This document shows, one piece after another, positions 16,426-26,595 of a stretch of 55,437 nucleotides of DNA (positions within the stretch are counted from its first letter, which is position 1; every line of letters starts with the position of its first letter). Source of the stretch: Chloroflexota bacterium (lineage in GTDB: Bacteria; Chloroflexota; Limnocylindria; P2-11E); the NCBI GenBank assembly GCA_016191385.1, contig JACPOT010000047.1:1-55437 (forward strand), given 5' to 3'. Under the pieces are notes generated by a model. The model ran no database searches and was not told the origin of the DNA. It was given only the letters and a program-made list of their open reading frames with translations. A program made the position numbers and the translations under genes.

Positions 16426-17609
16426 GCATCGGGCAGCGACTGCGCGAGAACCCCCTGATCACCGCGCGCGACGTGCCGCCCTCGCTGCCGGAGCTCGAGG
16501 TCGTCTCCGTCTTTAATGCGGCCGTCGCCCGCGTCGGCGACGAGGTGATCCTGCTGCTGCGCGTCGCCGAGCGACCCCGGAGTGATCTCGATCCGCCCGC
16601 CGGCGCGCTCACGCTGGATCTGCGGAAGCCATTCCCCACATTCGCGCCGCTTCCCTCGGGGTATCGGAAGCACGAGGTCGTCGGGATGTGTGTGGTCGAT
16701 ACCGCGTCGACCCCCGCGCGCGTGACCGTCGCGTACGTCCCGGTCGACCTCCCGGGTCTGGACCTCAGCGACCCGCGGACCATTCGGTACCGCGACCCGT
16801 GGCGCCCGCCGGACAGGGCCGATGGCTACACCGATCATCTCGCGCAGTTGTCGCACCTGCGGGTCGCGCGCAGCCGCGATGGCATCACCTTCCAGGTCGA
16901 CCCGCTGCCGGCGCTCGTGCCCGACGGCCGCCTCGAGGAGTACGGGGTCGAGGACCCGCGCGCGACCTTCATCGACGGCCGCTGGCAGGTCACGTACGTC
17001 TCCGTTTCGCGATGGGGGATCACCACGAGCCTCGCGTCAACGCTCGACTTCCGGACCTTCGAGCGCCATGGGGTCATCTTCCTGCCCGACCACAAGGACG
17101 TCGTCCTGTTCCCGGAGCGCGTGAAGGGGAGGTACTTCGCGCTCACGCGACCGATGTCACAGACCTTCAGCAAGATCCTGGGGATGTGGATGGCCTCGGG
17201 CGACGACCTTCTCGAGTGGGGGCGTCACGTCCCCATCTGCCTGCCGCGGGATGGCTACTGGGACGAGCGCCGAACAGGCGCATCGGCCGTGCCCTTCCGC
17301 GTGGCCGAGGGCTGGCTCGAGCTCTATCACGGCGTCGACCACGACTCGCACTACGCGATGGGCGCGCTGCTCCTCGATGGCGACGATCCGACGCGCGTTC
17401 TCGCGCGGTCGCGCCGGCCGATCCTCGCCCCCGAGGAGGCCTACGAGCGCCACGGTCTTTTCAACGACACGATCTTCTCGTGCGGCCACCTCGACCTCGG
17501 AGGAGGGCGTATCCGGCTGTACTACGGCGCGGCCGACTCCGTGGTCGCCGCCGCCGACCTCGACGTCCGGGCGATCGTGGCGAGCCTCGAGCCCTGGACG
17601 GGCCCGTAG
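16422..17609 (+). CDS. Glycoside hydrolase family 130 (mannoside phosphorylase/hydrolase-like)
   Basis: SVFNAA, LLLRVAERP, YGVEDPR, HKDVVLFPE, GWLELYHG, YYGAADS. Confidence 0.92.
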   Translation: MSIGQRLRENPLITARDVPPSLPELEVVSVFNAAVARVGDEVILLLRVAERPRSDLDPPAGALTLDLRKPFPTFAPLPSGYRKHEVVGMCVVDTASTPARVTVAYVPVDLPGLDLSDPRTIRYRDPWRPPDRADGYTDHLAQLSHLRVARSRDGITFQVDPLPALVPDGRLEEYGVEDPRATFIDGRWQVTYVSVSRWGITTSLASTLDFRTFERHGVIFLPDHKDVVLFPERVKGRYFALTRPMSQTFSKILGMWMASGDDLLEWGRHVPICLPRDGYWDERRTGASAVPFRVAEGWLELYHGVDHDSHYAMGALLLDGDDPTRVLARSRRPILAPEEAYERHGLFNDTIFSCGHLDLGGGRIRLYYGAADSVVAAADLDVRAIVASLEPWTGP

Positions 17610-18682
17610 TGCTGCGGCAGCTCGCGCGGCTCACGCGGCCGGTCACCGCTGTCCCCGGGGCTCTCGCCATCGCCGTCTACGCCGACCCGGACGGCAGGCT
17701 CATCCCGGCCGCGGAGCGGGGCGCCGAGGGCGTCGCCTGCGTTGACGACGCCGGCCGCGCGCTCGCGCTCCTCTGCGACCTCTGGACGGCGACACGGCTC
17801 CCGTTCCTGCGGGCGTGGGCTGAAGGCCTGCTCGGGCTCGTGCTGCACATGCAGGACAGCGACGGCTGCTTCGTCAACTTCATCAGCGACTGGGACGGAA
17901 CGCGGAACGTCGACGGCCCGACCTCCTGCGCGCTCGGCGGTGGGACCTTCTGGCACGCGCGGGCCGTGCGCGGGCTCGCGAGCGCGGCCCTTGTGTTCGA
18001 CGATCAGCGCATCGCTCCCGCGCTCGCGCGCGGGATCGCGCACTTTCGCACCGCTCGCGACATCCCCGCGAACGTCCGAGCCCTCCACGTCCTCACCGCC
18101 GTGCTCCTCCTGCGCGCCGGCCGGATGCCGGAGATCGCAGGCGACCTCGCGGCCTGGTGCGAGGAGCTCGCGGAATGCCGCCACGACGGCGTGCTCTTCG
18201 ACGATCCCGACCAGAGCGCCCCGCACCTGTGGGCGCACCTCCAGGAAGGCGCGCTCACTGATGGCGCCTCGTACGTTGGGCGCGCGGATCTGGTCGCGGT
18301 GGCCCGCGCGAGCGCGGTCCGGTACCTGGCCCCGCTCATCGCGTCCGGCTTCGACCTGCCGACGGTGCAACCGGATGGCGTGGCCTCAGCGCTCTTCGGC
18401 GTCGAGCGCCTCGCCGCCGTGACGGGGGAGCACCAGTTCGAAGTCCTGTCAGATCAGGCGCGAGCGTGGTTCGATGGCCGGAACAGCGCGGGCTGGGCCG
18501 TGTACGACCGCCGCTCGGGACGGGTGCATGACGGCATCGATGACGGCGTCCTCAACGCGCACTCGGGTGCCGAGTCGAACATCGCCGCGGCGCAGGCCCT
18601 CTTCGCGGAGGTCGCACGCGAGGTGGCCGGCCAGCGGATCGCGCTCGAGAGCCTTCTCCCTGCCGCGAACGTCGCCGCCTAG
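17609..18682 (+). CDS. Alpha/alpha-barrel glycosidase-like protein of GT4-GH130 clusters
   Basis: ACVDDAGRAL, DGCFVNF, WFDGRN, DGI..GVLNAHSGAES; overlaps the GH130 stop. Confidence 0.7.
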   Translation: MLRQLARLTRPVTAVPGALAIAVYADPDGRLIPAAERGAEGVACVDDAGRALALLCDLWTATRLPFLRAWAEGLLGLVLHMQDSDGCFVNFISDWDGTRNVDGPTSCALGGGTFWHARAVRGLASAALVFDDQRIAPALARGIAHFRTARDIPANVRALHVLTAVLLLRAGRMPEIAGDLAAWCEELAECRHDGVLFDDPDQSAPHLWAHLQEGALTDGASYVGRADLVAVARASAVRYLAPLIASGFDLPTVQPDGVASALFGVERLAAVTGEHQFEVLSDQARAWFDGRNSAGWAVYDRRSGRVHDGIDDGVLNAHSGAESNIAAAQALFAEVAREVAGQRIALESLLPAANVAA

Positions 18683-19467
18683 CTGAACTCCACCGAGCGC
18701 TTGGAGTTGGCCATCCAGAACCCTTCGATCGCTGTCGTGCTATGCGCATCGGCGTCGAGCGCGGCGCCGACCGAGATGAAGAGCGGCACGAAGTGGTCCA
18801 CGGTGCGGTGCGCGTACGACGCCGCGGGAGCGCGGCGCCTGTAGTCGATCAGCGCGTCGAGATCGCGCTTCGCGAGCGTCTCCGCGGCCCAGCGGTCGAA
18901 CTCGACGAGCGCCTTCGGCTCCGGCAGCCCGCGCATCACGTCACGGATCGCTTCGAACGAGTGGGTCATGAAGCCGCTGCCCATGATGAGGACACCCTCA
19001 TCGCGGAGCGGAGCGAGGCGCTTCCCCATGTCGATCAGCGCCTGCGGGTCCTCGCTCGGCATGGACACCTGCAGCACCGGAACATCCGCGGCTGGATACA
19101 TGAAGAGGAGCGGCATGTAGGCACCGTGGTCGAGGCCGCGCTCCGGGTCGTCGTGCACCGGCGTCACGTCGCCGAGGAGCCGCTTGACCTTCTCCGCGAG
19201 GTCCGGCGCGCCCGGCGCGGGATACGTGATGTCGTAGTACCGGCGCGGGAAGCCGTAGAAGTCGTAGACGAGGGGGACCGGCGTGGTCGCGCCGACGGTG
19301 ACGGGTGCGGACTCCCAGTGCGCCGAGACGACGAGGATGGCTTTTGGTCGCGGTAGGCGCGTGGCCCAGTCGGCGAGCTCGCGCGGCCAGACCTCGTCGT
19401 CGAGGAGGGTCGGAGCGCCGTGCCCGAGGTAGACCGCCGGCATGCGACCGGCGGACGCCTCAGTCAC
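18679..19467 (-). CDS. Class III extradiol dioxygenase (LigB/DODA-like)
   Basis: YLGHGAP, VSAHWE, YDFYGFP, RGLDHG, GSGFMTH. Confidence 0.92.
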   Translation of the reverse strand: MTEASAGRMPAVYLGHGAPTLLDDEVWPRELADWATRLPRPKAILVVSAHWESAPVTVGATTPVPLVYDFYGFPRRYYDITYPAPGAPDLAEKVKRLLGDVTPVHDDPERGLDHGAYMPLLFMYPAADVPVLQVSMPSEDPQALIDMGKRLAPLRDEGVLIMGSGFMTHSFEAIRDVMRGLPEPKALVEFDRWAAETLAKRDLDALIDYRRRAPAASYAHRTVDHFVPLFISVGAALDADAHSTTAIEGFWMANSKRSVEFS

Positions 19468-20437
19468 GCGGGCCCGCGCCCATGTGGATAGCGGGGATCG
19501 AGCCCATGCGGCCGGCCTGGTAGTCCTGGACGGCCTGGACGATCTCCTCGCGCGTGTTCATGACGAAGGGTCCGTACTGCACGACGGGCTCCCCGATCGG
19601 GCGGCCGCCGAGCACGAGCACGTCGAATGTGGGCGTGCGCGAGTCCTGGTCCTGGCTGCCTTCGATGCGAAGCGCGTCGCCCGGCCCGAAGACCGCGAGC
19701 TGGCCGGAGCGCAGCGGCGTGCGCTCGAGTCCGATGCTGCCGAAGCCGCCGAGGGCATAGACGAGCGCGTTGAGATCGGCGCGCCAGGGGATGTCGAGAC
19801 GCGATCCGGGGAGGAGCGTCGCGTGCGCGTACGTGATGGGCGTCTGCGTCACGCCCGGGCCACGCACACCGGCGAGCTCGCCGGCGATGACGCGGACGAG
19901 CGTGCCGCCGTCATGGGAGCGCGCCAGGGCGACCGAGCGCGCGGCGATGTCCTGATACCGAGGCGGTGACCACTTCTGCGCCGCGGGCAGATTCACCCAG
20001 AGCTGTATCCCGTGAAAGAGACCGCCGCTCCGGATGAGGCGCTCCGGCGGCATCTCGGAGTGCACGATGCCCGCGCCCGCGGTCATCCACTGCGTGTCGC
20101 CGTTGGCGATGACGCCGCCACCGCCGGTCGAGTCGCGATGCACGAACTCGCCGTCGATCATGTACGTGACGGTCTCGAATCCGCGATGCGGGTGGTCGGG
20201 CGCGCCCTTCGCCTCGCCGGGCGCGTACTGCACCTCGCCCATCTGGTCGAGGAGGATGAAAGGGTCGGCGACCGCGCGCTCGAGCCCAGGGAAGGGGCGC
20301 CGTACCGGGAAGCCCTCGCCCTCGTACGTCTGGATGGCGTCAACGACGCGCTGCGCCCGGCGCATCCGGACGGGCGTGCCCTCAGCGACGTGCACTTCGG
20401 GAAGCGTCATGGGGTCGGCGACGGTGACGGCGGGCAT
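19460..20437 (-). CDS. Pirin-family protein
   Basis: DPFILLD, HPHRGFETVTY, QWMTAGAGIVHSE, YGPFVMNT. Confidence 0.95.
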   Translation of the reverse strand: MPAVTVADPMTLPEVHVAEGTPVRMRRAQRVVDAIQTYEGEGFPVRRPFPGLERAVADPFILLDQMGEVQYAPGEAKGAPDHPHRGFETVTYMIDGEFVHRDSTGGGGVIANGDTQWMTAGAGIVHSEMPPERLIRSGGLFHGIQLWVNLPAAQKWSPPRYQDIAARSVALARSHDGGTLVRVIAGELAGVRGPGVTQTPITYAHATLLPGSRLDIPWRADLNALVYALGGFGSIGLERTPLRSGQLAVFGPGDALRIEGSQDQDSRTPTFDVLVLGGRPIGEPVVQYGPFVMNTREEIVQAVQDYQAGRMGSIPAIHMGAGPRD

Positions 20438-20477
20438 CCAACGAAGATAACGATGCGACCCGGCGGCGTATTCCGCG

Positions 20478-20903
20478 CTAGGCCATCGCCTCGCCGTTGA
20501 CCGGATGCGCGGGGGGATCCGCGTCCGCGAGGACGAAGCACGACCGCACGACACGCACGAGGTCGTCGGCGTCGAACGGCTTGGCGATGTGACCCACCGC
20601 GCCGAGCCGTTCCGCGTAGTCAGCGATCTCGCGGCTCGCGCTCAATACGACGATGGGCGCCTGCCGCTCCGGCGGGACGCGGCGGCGATATTCGTCCGCG
20701 AAGCGCTGCGAGAACGTCGGGTCGGGAAGCCGGATGTCCAGGAGGATCAGGTCAGGCGAGAGCGCGACGACCGATCGAAGCGCGTGCTCGTCGTCGAGAG
20801 CGGTGTGCACGTCGTAGCCGTGATCGGCAAGGATCCCCGCGACGGACCGCCGCACGTCCGGCTCGTCGTCGATGACGAGCACTCTCTTTCGTTGACCGGG
20901 CAT
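20478..20903 (-). CDS. Single-domain response regulator
   Basis: VLVIDDE, DLILLDIRLP, KPF. Confidence 0.88.
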   Translation of the reverse strand: MPGQRKRVLVIDDEPDVRRSVAGILADHGYDVHTALDDEHALRSVVALSPDLILLDIRLPDPTFSQRFADEYRRRVPPERQAPIVVLSASREIADYAERLGAVGHIAKPFDADDLVRVVRSCFVLADADPPAHPVNGEAMA

Positions 20904-20970
20904 TGACGCGCGACGTTACTACTTGTTGCGCGCAGGCTAAATAAGAGAACGCTCGCTCGTCCGGTCGAAG

Positions 20971-21186
20971 TCAGCGGCGAGCGGTCGCGTCCTTGGCCTT
21001 GCCCCGGAAGTACGGTGCCGCGGGGCGCTCGTCCTCGAGGCGCACGTGGTGGTACTGATGGTCGGCGATCTCGTGCGCGGTGCGCGCGGCGCTCGCGGCC
21101 TTCAACGCATCCATGCTCGTCTGGTCGGTCACCTGGAACGCGCGATCGCAGCCGGCGAGGCGGCATGGAAACCCCGCTGAACGCAT
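20971..21186 (-). CDS. 71-aa protein with C2H2 zinc-finger-like motif
   Basis: SD GGAGG; FPCRLAGCDRAF ... HEIADH. Confidence 0.65.
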   Translation of the reverse strand: MRSAGFPCRLAGCDRAFQVTDQTSMDALKAASAARTAHEIADHQYHHVRLEDERPAAPYFRGKAKDATARR

Positions 21187-21239
21187 GTGGTCCTCCTCCA
21201 GAGCGCGACGGGAACACGCGAAGCGTACCACCCGCGTCC

Positions 21240-21920
21240 TCATGCGCGCGCGTCGAGCATGGCCCTCACTTCGTCGTCGGTGAGCTGCGGGAACTCCTCG
21301 TACCAGAGGCCGACCGCATGGAAGTCGAAGGGCTGTATCAGCGCGACGACCTCGTCGACCTCGCGCGCGAGATCGGCCACGCTCTCGGGTGGTGCGACAG
21401 GCACGGCGAGCACGACGCGCTCCGGAGAGCGGGCCCGGACGGAGCGCGCGGCGGCCGTCGCCGTCGCGCCGGTCGCGAGACCGTCATCGACGATGACCGC
21501 GATCCTCCCCTGCACGTCGGCCGCGGGGCGTCCGTGCCGGAGGCGCCGCTCAAGGTCCGTCGCGCGCTCCTGCTCGCGGGCGGTGATCGCGCCGAGCTGC
21601 GCCGCCGTGATCCCGAGCATCTCGATGACGTCGTCGCGCAGCACCGACGCTCCCGGGGCGATCGCCCCGATGGCCAGCTCCGGCTGCTGCGGCGCGCCGA
21701 GCTTGCGCGCGACGACGACGTCGAGGGGCGCGTCTAGCCGCGCGGCGACCTCGAACGCGACGGCCACGCCGCCGCGCGGGAGACCGAGCACCACGACGTC
21801 GCGGCCGCGCAGGTCCGCGAGTCGCTGGGCGAGCTGCCGCCCAGCGTCCGCGCGGTCACGGAAACGCGCACGTTCGGAGTTGAACAGGAAGGACACGACG
21901 GCGGCATTCTCCACCTTCAC
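21240..21920 (-). CDS. Phosphoribosyltransferase-family protein
   Basis: FRDRADAG, LPRGGV, IVDDGLATGAT, AVGLWYEEF. Confidence 0.9.
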   Translation of the reverse strand: MKVENAAVVSFLFNSERARFRDRADAGRQLAQRLADLRGRDVVVLGLPRGGVAVAFEVAARLDAPLDVVVARKLGAPQQPELAIGAIAPGASVLRDDVIEMLGITAAQLGAITAREQERATDLERRLRHGRPAADVQGRIAVIVDDGLATGATATAAARSVRARSPERVVLAVPVAPPESVADLAREVDEVVALIQPFDFHAVGLWYEEFPQLTDDEVRAMLDARA

Positions 21921-21950
21921 CTCTCACGGCTCGGCACCGACGGTGCCATC

Positions 21951-23126
21951 GTGTGGCGCGTGCTGCGTGGTCGCGGCCTCGCGATGGTCGCCTTCCTCAT
22001 CGGCTTCGGGTCGGGCATCTGGCTGCTCTGGGCCTTCGGCTTCGTGGACGTGTGGGCCGCCGACATCTTCGGCGGCGACTTCTCGGCCATCTGGGCGGGT
22101 CCGCACATCCTCGCGACGGGCGGCGACCCGTATGACTCGCGCACCTGGCTCGACCAGGTCGCCGCGCTCAGCGTCCAGCCCCCACCCGCGCCCGTGTACA
22201 TCTATCCCGGCTGGGTCGCGGTGCTGCTCCTGCCCTTCGGTGCGCTCGATCTCGTCACCGCGGCACAGATCTGGATCGCTCTCGGGCTCACGGTCGCCGC
22301 GATCGGGCTCTTCGTGCTCATCGACGTGCGCGCGCGGCGCCTGCCGCTCCTCCACACGCTGCTCGCGTTCGCGGTGGTCGGGTCAGAGGCGGGGATCGTC
22401 GCGTTCTACTCGGGCCAGATCGACCTGCTCATCGTGGGGATCCTCGGTCTTATGGTCGCGTGGCTGCGGACCGGCCGTCAGGGCCTCGCGGGCGTCGCCG
22501 CGGGGGTCATGCTCCTGAAGCCGCAGCTGTTCGCGGTCGCCCTTCCCGCGCTGGTCCGGCTCGCCTTTGCCCGGGGGGAGCGGCGCTTCCTCATCGGACT
22601 CGGCGCGTGCGTCCTTGCTCTGGCCGCCGTTTCGACGGCCATCCTGCCGGGCTGGTGGGCTGCGTGGATCGAGAACGTGCCGGCCGCGCGCGCCGCGGAC
22701 CTGCGGGCGTCCACGTTGCCGAACGCGTTGCGCGACCTCTTCGGCCTCGGCGGGCTCGCGGGCGCGTATGTGATCCTGGCGGCGTCGGTCGCCGCGGCTT
22801 TCGCGTTCTCGCCGCGCTCTCGCGCGGCGTTGCCGGTGTGGCTCGCGGTGTCGATCTCCCTCGCGCCCTACATGTTCGTGTACGACCACGTCGTCATGAT
22901 CATCCCCGTCGCGGTCGCCGCGACGCTCACGGGCGAGCGCAGCCGTCTCGGCGCGATCGTCGTGGCCTCGGCCGCCGTCCTGATCCTCACGGTCGGCGGG
23001 ACGCTCCTCCACGCCACGATCGGCGTCGAGCAGGGCACTCTCTCCTACAACGGGCTCGTGCAGTTCGCGCTGACGCTGCTCGTCATCGGGTCGCTGTGGC
23101 CGATCCGGCGCGAGGTAGCGGACTAG
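21951..23126 (+). CDS. Glycosyltransferase family 87 (GT-C, DUF2029-like)
   Basis: GDFSAIW, DPYD, YIYPGW, GQID, LKPQL, VYD; multi-TM. Confidence 0.8.
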   Translation: MWRVLRGRGLAMVAFLIGFGSGIWLLWAFGFVDVWAADIFGGDFSAIWAGPHILATGGDPYDSRTWLDQVAALSVQPPPAPVYIYPGWVAVLLLPFGALDLVTAAQIWIALGLTVAAIGLFVLIDVRARRLPLLHTLLAFAVVGSEAGIVAFYSGQIDLLIVGILGLMVAWLRTGRQGLAGVAAGVMLLKPQLFAVALPALVRLAFARGERRFLIGLGACVLALAAVSTAILPGWWAAWIENVPAARAADLRASTLPNALRDLFGLGGLAGAYVILAASVAAAFAFSPRSRAALPVWLAVSISLAPYMFVYDHVVMIIPVAVAATLTGERSRLGAIVVASAAVLILTVGGTLLHATIGVEQGTLSYNGLVQFALTLLVIGSLWPIRREVAD

Positions 23127-25110
23127 TCGGGCGGGCGCGCGTCGCGAGCTGGAGGACGACTGCGGCGCCGAAGAGAGCGAAGCCGCCGATGTCCCCCAGC
23201 GCCGCGGGCTGCAACAAGAGCAGTCCCGACGCCACCAGCAAGATGCGCTCGGGGACCGTGGCGCGCCGCACCAGCCAGCCGCCGACGCCGGTCGTGATGG
23301 CGGTGATGCCGATGGCCGCCGTGACCGTCGCGACCGCGGCCTCCCCGACCGTCGTGTCGCGCAGCAGCATCGCGATGCCCTGCGGCTGCGTGAACATGAA
23401 CGGGACGAGGAACGCCGGGAGCGCGTACTTCCAGGTCAGCATCATCGTCCGATAGGGGTTGCCGCCCGTCAGCGCGGCCGCCGCGAAGGGCGAGAGCCCC
23501 ACGGGCGGCGAGACCTCCGAGAGCACCGCGTAATAGAAGATGAACATGTGCGCCGCGGCGGCCGGGATGCCGAGGTCCTGGAGCGCGGGGGCGACCGTCG
23601 GGACGGCGACGAGGTACGACGCGGTGATCGGGAGCGAGAGGCCGAGCACCCACAGGATGCCCGCGCAGACGATCAGCGTAAGCACGAGGTTGCCCTGCCC
23701 TAGGGCGAGGATGAGGTTGGAGACCTTGAGGCCAAGGCCCGTCTGCAACAGAACGCCGACGATGATCCCCGCCGCGGCGATGGTCGCGGCCACCGACAGG
23801 ACGCCTTTGGCGCCGTCGGCGAGCGCGTCGACGATCTTCGGCGGCGTCAGCGCGTGCCGCGGGTTGACGTAGGAGATCGCGACGGCGAGGACGATCGACC
23901 AGAACACCGCGAGGATCGGCGACATGCCCAGCGCCATGAGCACGACGATCGCGACGAGCGACGACAGGTGGAACCAGTACTCGCGCAGCAGCGCGCCCGC
24001 GCGGGGAGCCGCGATCTCGACCGCGCGCGCGCCCATCTTCCGCGCGTCCACCTCGATCATCAGGAAGATCGCGAGGTAGTAGAGGATCGTCGGCACCGTC
24101 GCCATGACCAGGATCTCGAGGTAAGAGACGCGGAGGAGCTCGGCCATGATGAAAGCTGCCGCGCCGAGGACCGGCGGCGAGATGATGGCGCCGATCCCGC
24201 CCGCTGCCAGGATCGCGCCCGCCGAGTCGCGGTCGTAGCCCGCGCGACGGAGAAGCGGATACGTGATCGAACCGAGCGTCACCGTCGTCGCCACCCCTGA
24301 CCCCGAGACGGTCCCGAGGAGGAACGACGCGAGGGTCACCGTGCGCCCGGCCGCGCTCCGGCGCCGCCCCGACAGCGCGAAGGCGAGGTCGACGAAGAAC
24401 TTGCCGGCGCCCGACTTGTCGAGCACCGCGCCGTAGATGGTGAACAGGATGATGAACGATCCGGCGATGTAGATCAGGTTCAGCATCCCGTCGAGCGACA
24501 GGTACTGCTGCGCGACGATGTCGTCGAGGTCGAAGCCGCGGTGGCGTATGGCCGTCGGGAGGATCGCCCCGAGGTAGGCGTAGGCGAGGGCGAGGAGCAC
24601 CAGCGCCGAGAGGTGCCAGCCCACGGTGCGCCGGGTCGCCTCGAGCACGAGGAGGATCGCGACGAGGCCGAACACGAAGTCGCTCTGGTTCGGGCTCACC
24701 ACCCGCTGGATCGCCTCGTCGAAGTTCAGAAGGAGATACCCCGCGACCGCGATCGCGGCGACGATCAGCACGAGATCCACCGGGTGCACGCTCCGGCGCC
24801 AGCGGGCGAGTGCCGGGTAATGCACGAAGGTCAGGACGAGGGCCGCGGACAGGAACACGATCGAGAAGACGTGCAGGGTGGTCAGGGACAGCCCGAAGAG
24901 CGAGACGTTCGGGAGCATCTGGATGCGGGTGAAGGGGATGGGGGCGCCGGCGACGGCGTAGTAGAGCGCGAGGATCGACGTCGCGACGGCGAAGCCCTTC
25001 GCGAGCCGGCCGATCCGTCCGGTCAGCGGTCGCGTCCGGGACTCGGCTTCGAACTCCTCGATGAGCTCCTGGGTCCGCTTCTCGTCGAGGACCGGCGTGA
25101 CCGCGGTCAT
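23083..25110 (-). CDS. TRAP transporter fused 4TM/12TM permease
   Basis: LEATRRTVG, GTVSGSGVA, PPVLGAAAFIMAE, SEVSPPVGL. Confidence 0.93.
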   Translation of the reverse strand: MTAVTPVLDEKRTQELIEEFEAESRTRPLTGRIGRLAKGFAVATSILALYYAVAGAPIPFTRIQMLPNVSLFGLSLTTLHVFSIVFLSAALVLTFVHYPALARWRRSVHPVDLVLIVAAIAVAGYLLLNFDEAIQRVVSPNQSDFVFGLVAILLVLEATRRTVGWHLSALVLLALAYAYLGAILPTAIRHRGFDLDDIVAQQYLSLDGMLNLIYIAGSFIILFTIYGAVLDKSGAGKFFVDLAFALSGRRRSAAGRTVTLASFLLGTVSGSGVATTVTLGSITYPLLRRAGYDRDSAGAILAAGGIGAIISPPVLGAAAFIMAELLRVSYLEILVMATVPTILYYLAIFLMIEVDARKMGARAVEIAAPRAGALLREYWFHLSSLVAIVVLMALGMSPILAVFWSIVLAVAISYVNPRHALTPPKIVDALADGAKGVLSVAATIAAAGIIVGVLLQTGLGLKVSNLILALGQGNLVLTLIVCAGILWVLGLSLPITASYLVAVPTVAPALQDLGIPAAAAHMFIFYYAVLSEVSPPVGLSPFAAAALTGGNPYRTMMLTWKYALPAFLVPFMFTQPQGIAMLLRDTTVGEAAVATVTAAIGITAITTGVGGWLVRRATVPERILLVASGLLLLQPAALGDIGGFALFGAAVVLQLATRARPTSPLPRAGSATATR

Positions 25111-25586
25111 CCGCGCAGGCTCCACAGCCACACCAGCAGCGGAGCGCGGCCCGGGCGCACCCGCACGCTCGCATCCGTGCCGAAGGCGTCGCGCAGGGTC
25201 ACGCGCCGGAGGCCCGTGTCGATGGCCTGCTCTCCCTCCGCGGTCAGCAGCAGCTGCAGATGGTCAGTGGCGTTGTCCGGCGCGGTCCAGGCGAGGCCGC
25301 CGTCGTCGGGGACGGCCGATCCGGGCCAGCGAAAGTACTCGAGCGCCCGGATGTCGGGTGAGGCCGCGCGGTCGATGCGGATGCCGCCGTCGATGACGCG
25401 CAGCTCCTCACGGACGGGGACCTGGTAGATGGACTGCCGGTAGGTGTACGTGAACGTCGGACCGCCAAGCGGGACGGTCATACCGCGGGCACCGTCGGTC
25501 AGCTCCAGGACGCCGATGGGGGCGGCCAACGCCGCCCCCATCAGCGCGATGATCGCGATGCGGATCAGGTCACTTCTTCCAGGCAC
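25107..25586 (-). CDS. DUF1850-like TAXI-TRAP accessory protein; start uncertain
   Basis: Lies between TAXI and the permease; FTYTYRQSIYQVPVREEL. Confidence 0.65.
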   Translation of the reverse strand: MPGRSDLIRIAIIALMGAALAAPIGVLELTDGARGMTVPLGGPTFTYTYRQSIYQVPVREELRVIDGGIRIDRAASPDIRALEYFRWPGSAVPDDGGLAWTAPDNATDHLQLLLTAEGEQAIDTGLRRVTLRDAFGTDASVRVRPGRAPLLVWLWSLRG

Positions 25587-26595
25587 CCTTGTCCTTGTAA
25601 TACGCGATGGCGCCGGGGTGATAGTCGATGGGTGAGCCCTCGACAGCGTTCGCGAGGGTGAGGTTCTTCGCCTCGGGATGCACCTTCTCGAGCTCGGCCT
25701 TGTTGTCGAACATCGTCGCCAGGACCGCCTTGACGAGGGCCTCGTCCATCGACGCGCCAGCCACGAGCAGGTTCGCGACGCCGGACACCTTCGTGTCCGC
25801 GGGCGTCTTGTACACCTCCTTCGGGATCGTGACCGTGAAGTAAAAGGCGCCGTACTTGTCGGCCATCCGCTTCGTGAGCCCCTCGTGCTCTATGAGGCGC
25901 AGGCTGATGCCGGGCGTGTTCGCGAGATCCGTCACTGCGGAGGTCGGGAGACCGCCCGACCAGAAGAACGCGTCGATCTTCCCGTCCTTGAGCGCCGCGG
26001 CGGAGTCGGCGATGCCGAGCTTCTGGACCTGCAGGTCCGCCTGCGTCAGGCTCGCGGCCTCGAGAACGCGGTTGGCGATCACCTCGGTGCCCGACGCGGG
26101 AGAGCCGACGGACACGCGCTTACCCCTGAGGTCGACCACGGTGCTGATCCCCGAGTCGGCCTTCGTGATGATGTGCGTGAAGTTCGTGTAGAGGACCGCG
26201 AGAGCGCGAGCGCCGGTCGCGGGCTTGTCCTTGAAGGCGGCGTTGCCCTTCACGGCGTCGTAGGCGGTGTCGGACAGCGTGAACGCGAGGTCCGTCTTCT
26301 TGTCGCGAATGAGCTCCATGTTGGCGACCGAAGCTGTCGTGGACTGCGCGGTCGCCGAGACGCCGAGCTTGTTCGTGAGCAAGTTCGCCAGGCCGCCGCC
26401 ATAGACGATGTACACGCCGCCGGTGCCGCCGGTCACGATGTTGAGCGGCCTGCCCGCGAAGTTGGGCGTCGGCTGCGCCGTGGCCGCTCCTGTCGCCACG
26501 GCCTGCGTCGGGGTGGCGGGCGTAGCGGTCCGCGGCGCCTGGCACGCGGCGATGACCAGGAGTGCGGTGCTGAGCGCTGTGATGAGGCGTCTCAT
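25570..26595 (-). CDS. TAXI-family TRAP solute-binding lipoprotein
   Basis: Lipobox IAAC; TGGTGGVY, DLRGKRVSVGSPASGTE, DAFFWSGGLP, HPGA. Confidence 0.95.
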   Translation of the reverse strand: MRRLITALSTALLVIAACQAPRTATPATPTQAVATGAATAQPTPNFAGRPLNIVTGGTGGVYIVYGGGLANLLTNKLGVSATAQSTTASVANMELIRDKKTDLAFTLSDTAYDAVKGNAAFKDKPATGARALAVLYTNFTHIITKADSGISTVVDLRGKRVSVGSPASGTEVIANRVLEAASLTQADLQVQKLGIADSAAALKDGKIDAFFWSGGLPTSAVTDLANTPGISLRLIEHEGLTKRMADKYGAFYFTVTIPKEVYKTPADTKVSGVANLLVAGASMDEALVKAVLATMFDNKAELEKVHPEAKNLTLANAVEGSPIDYHPGAIAYYKDKGAWKK

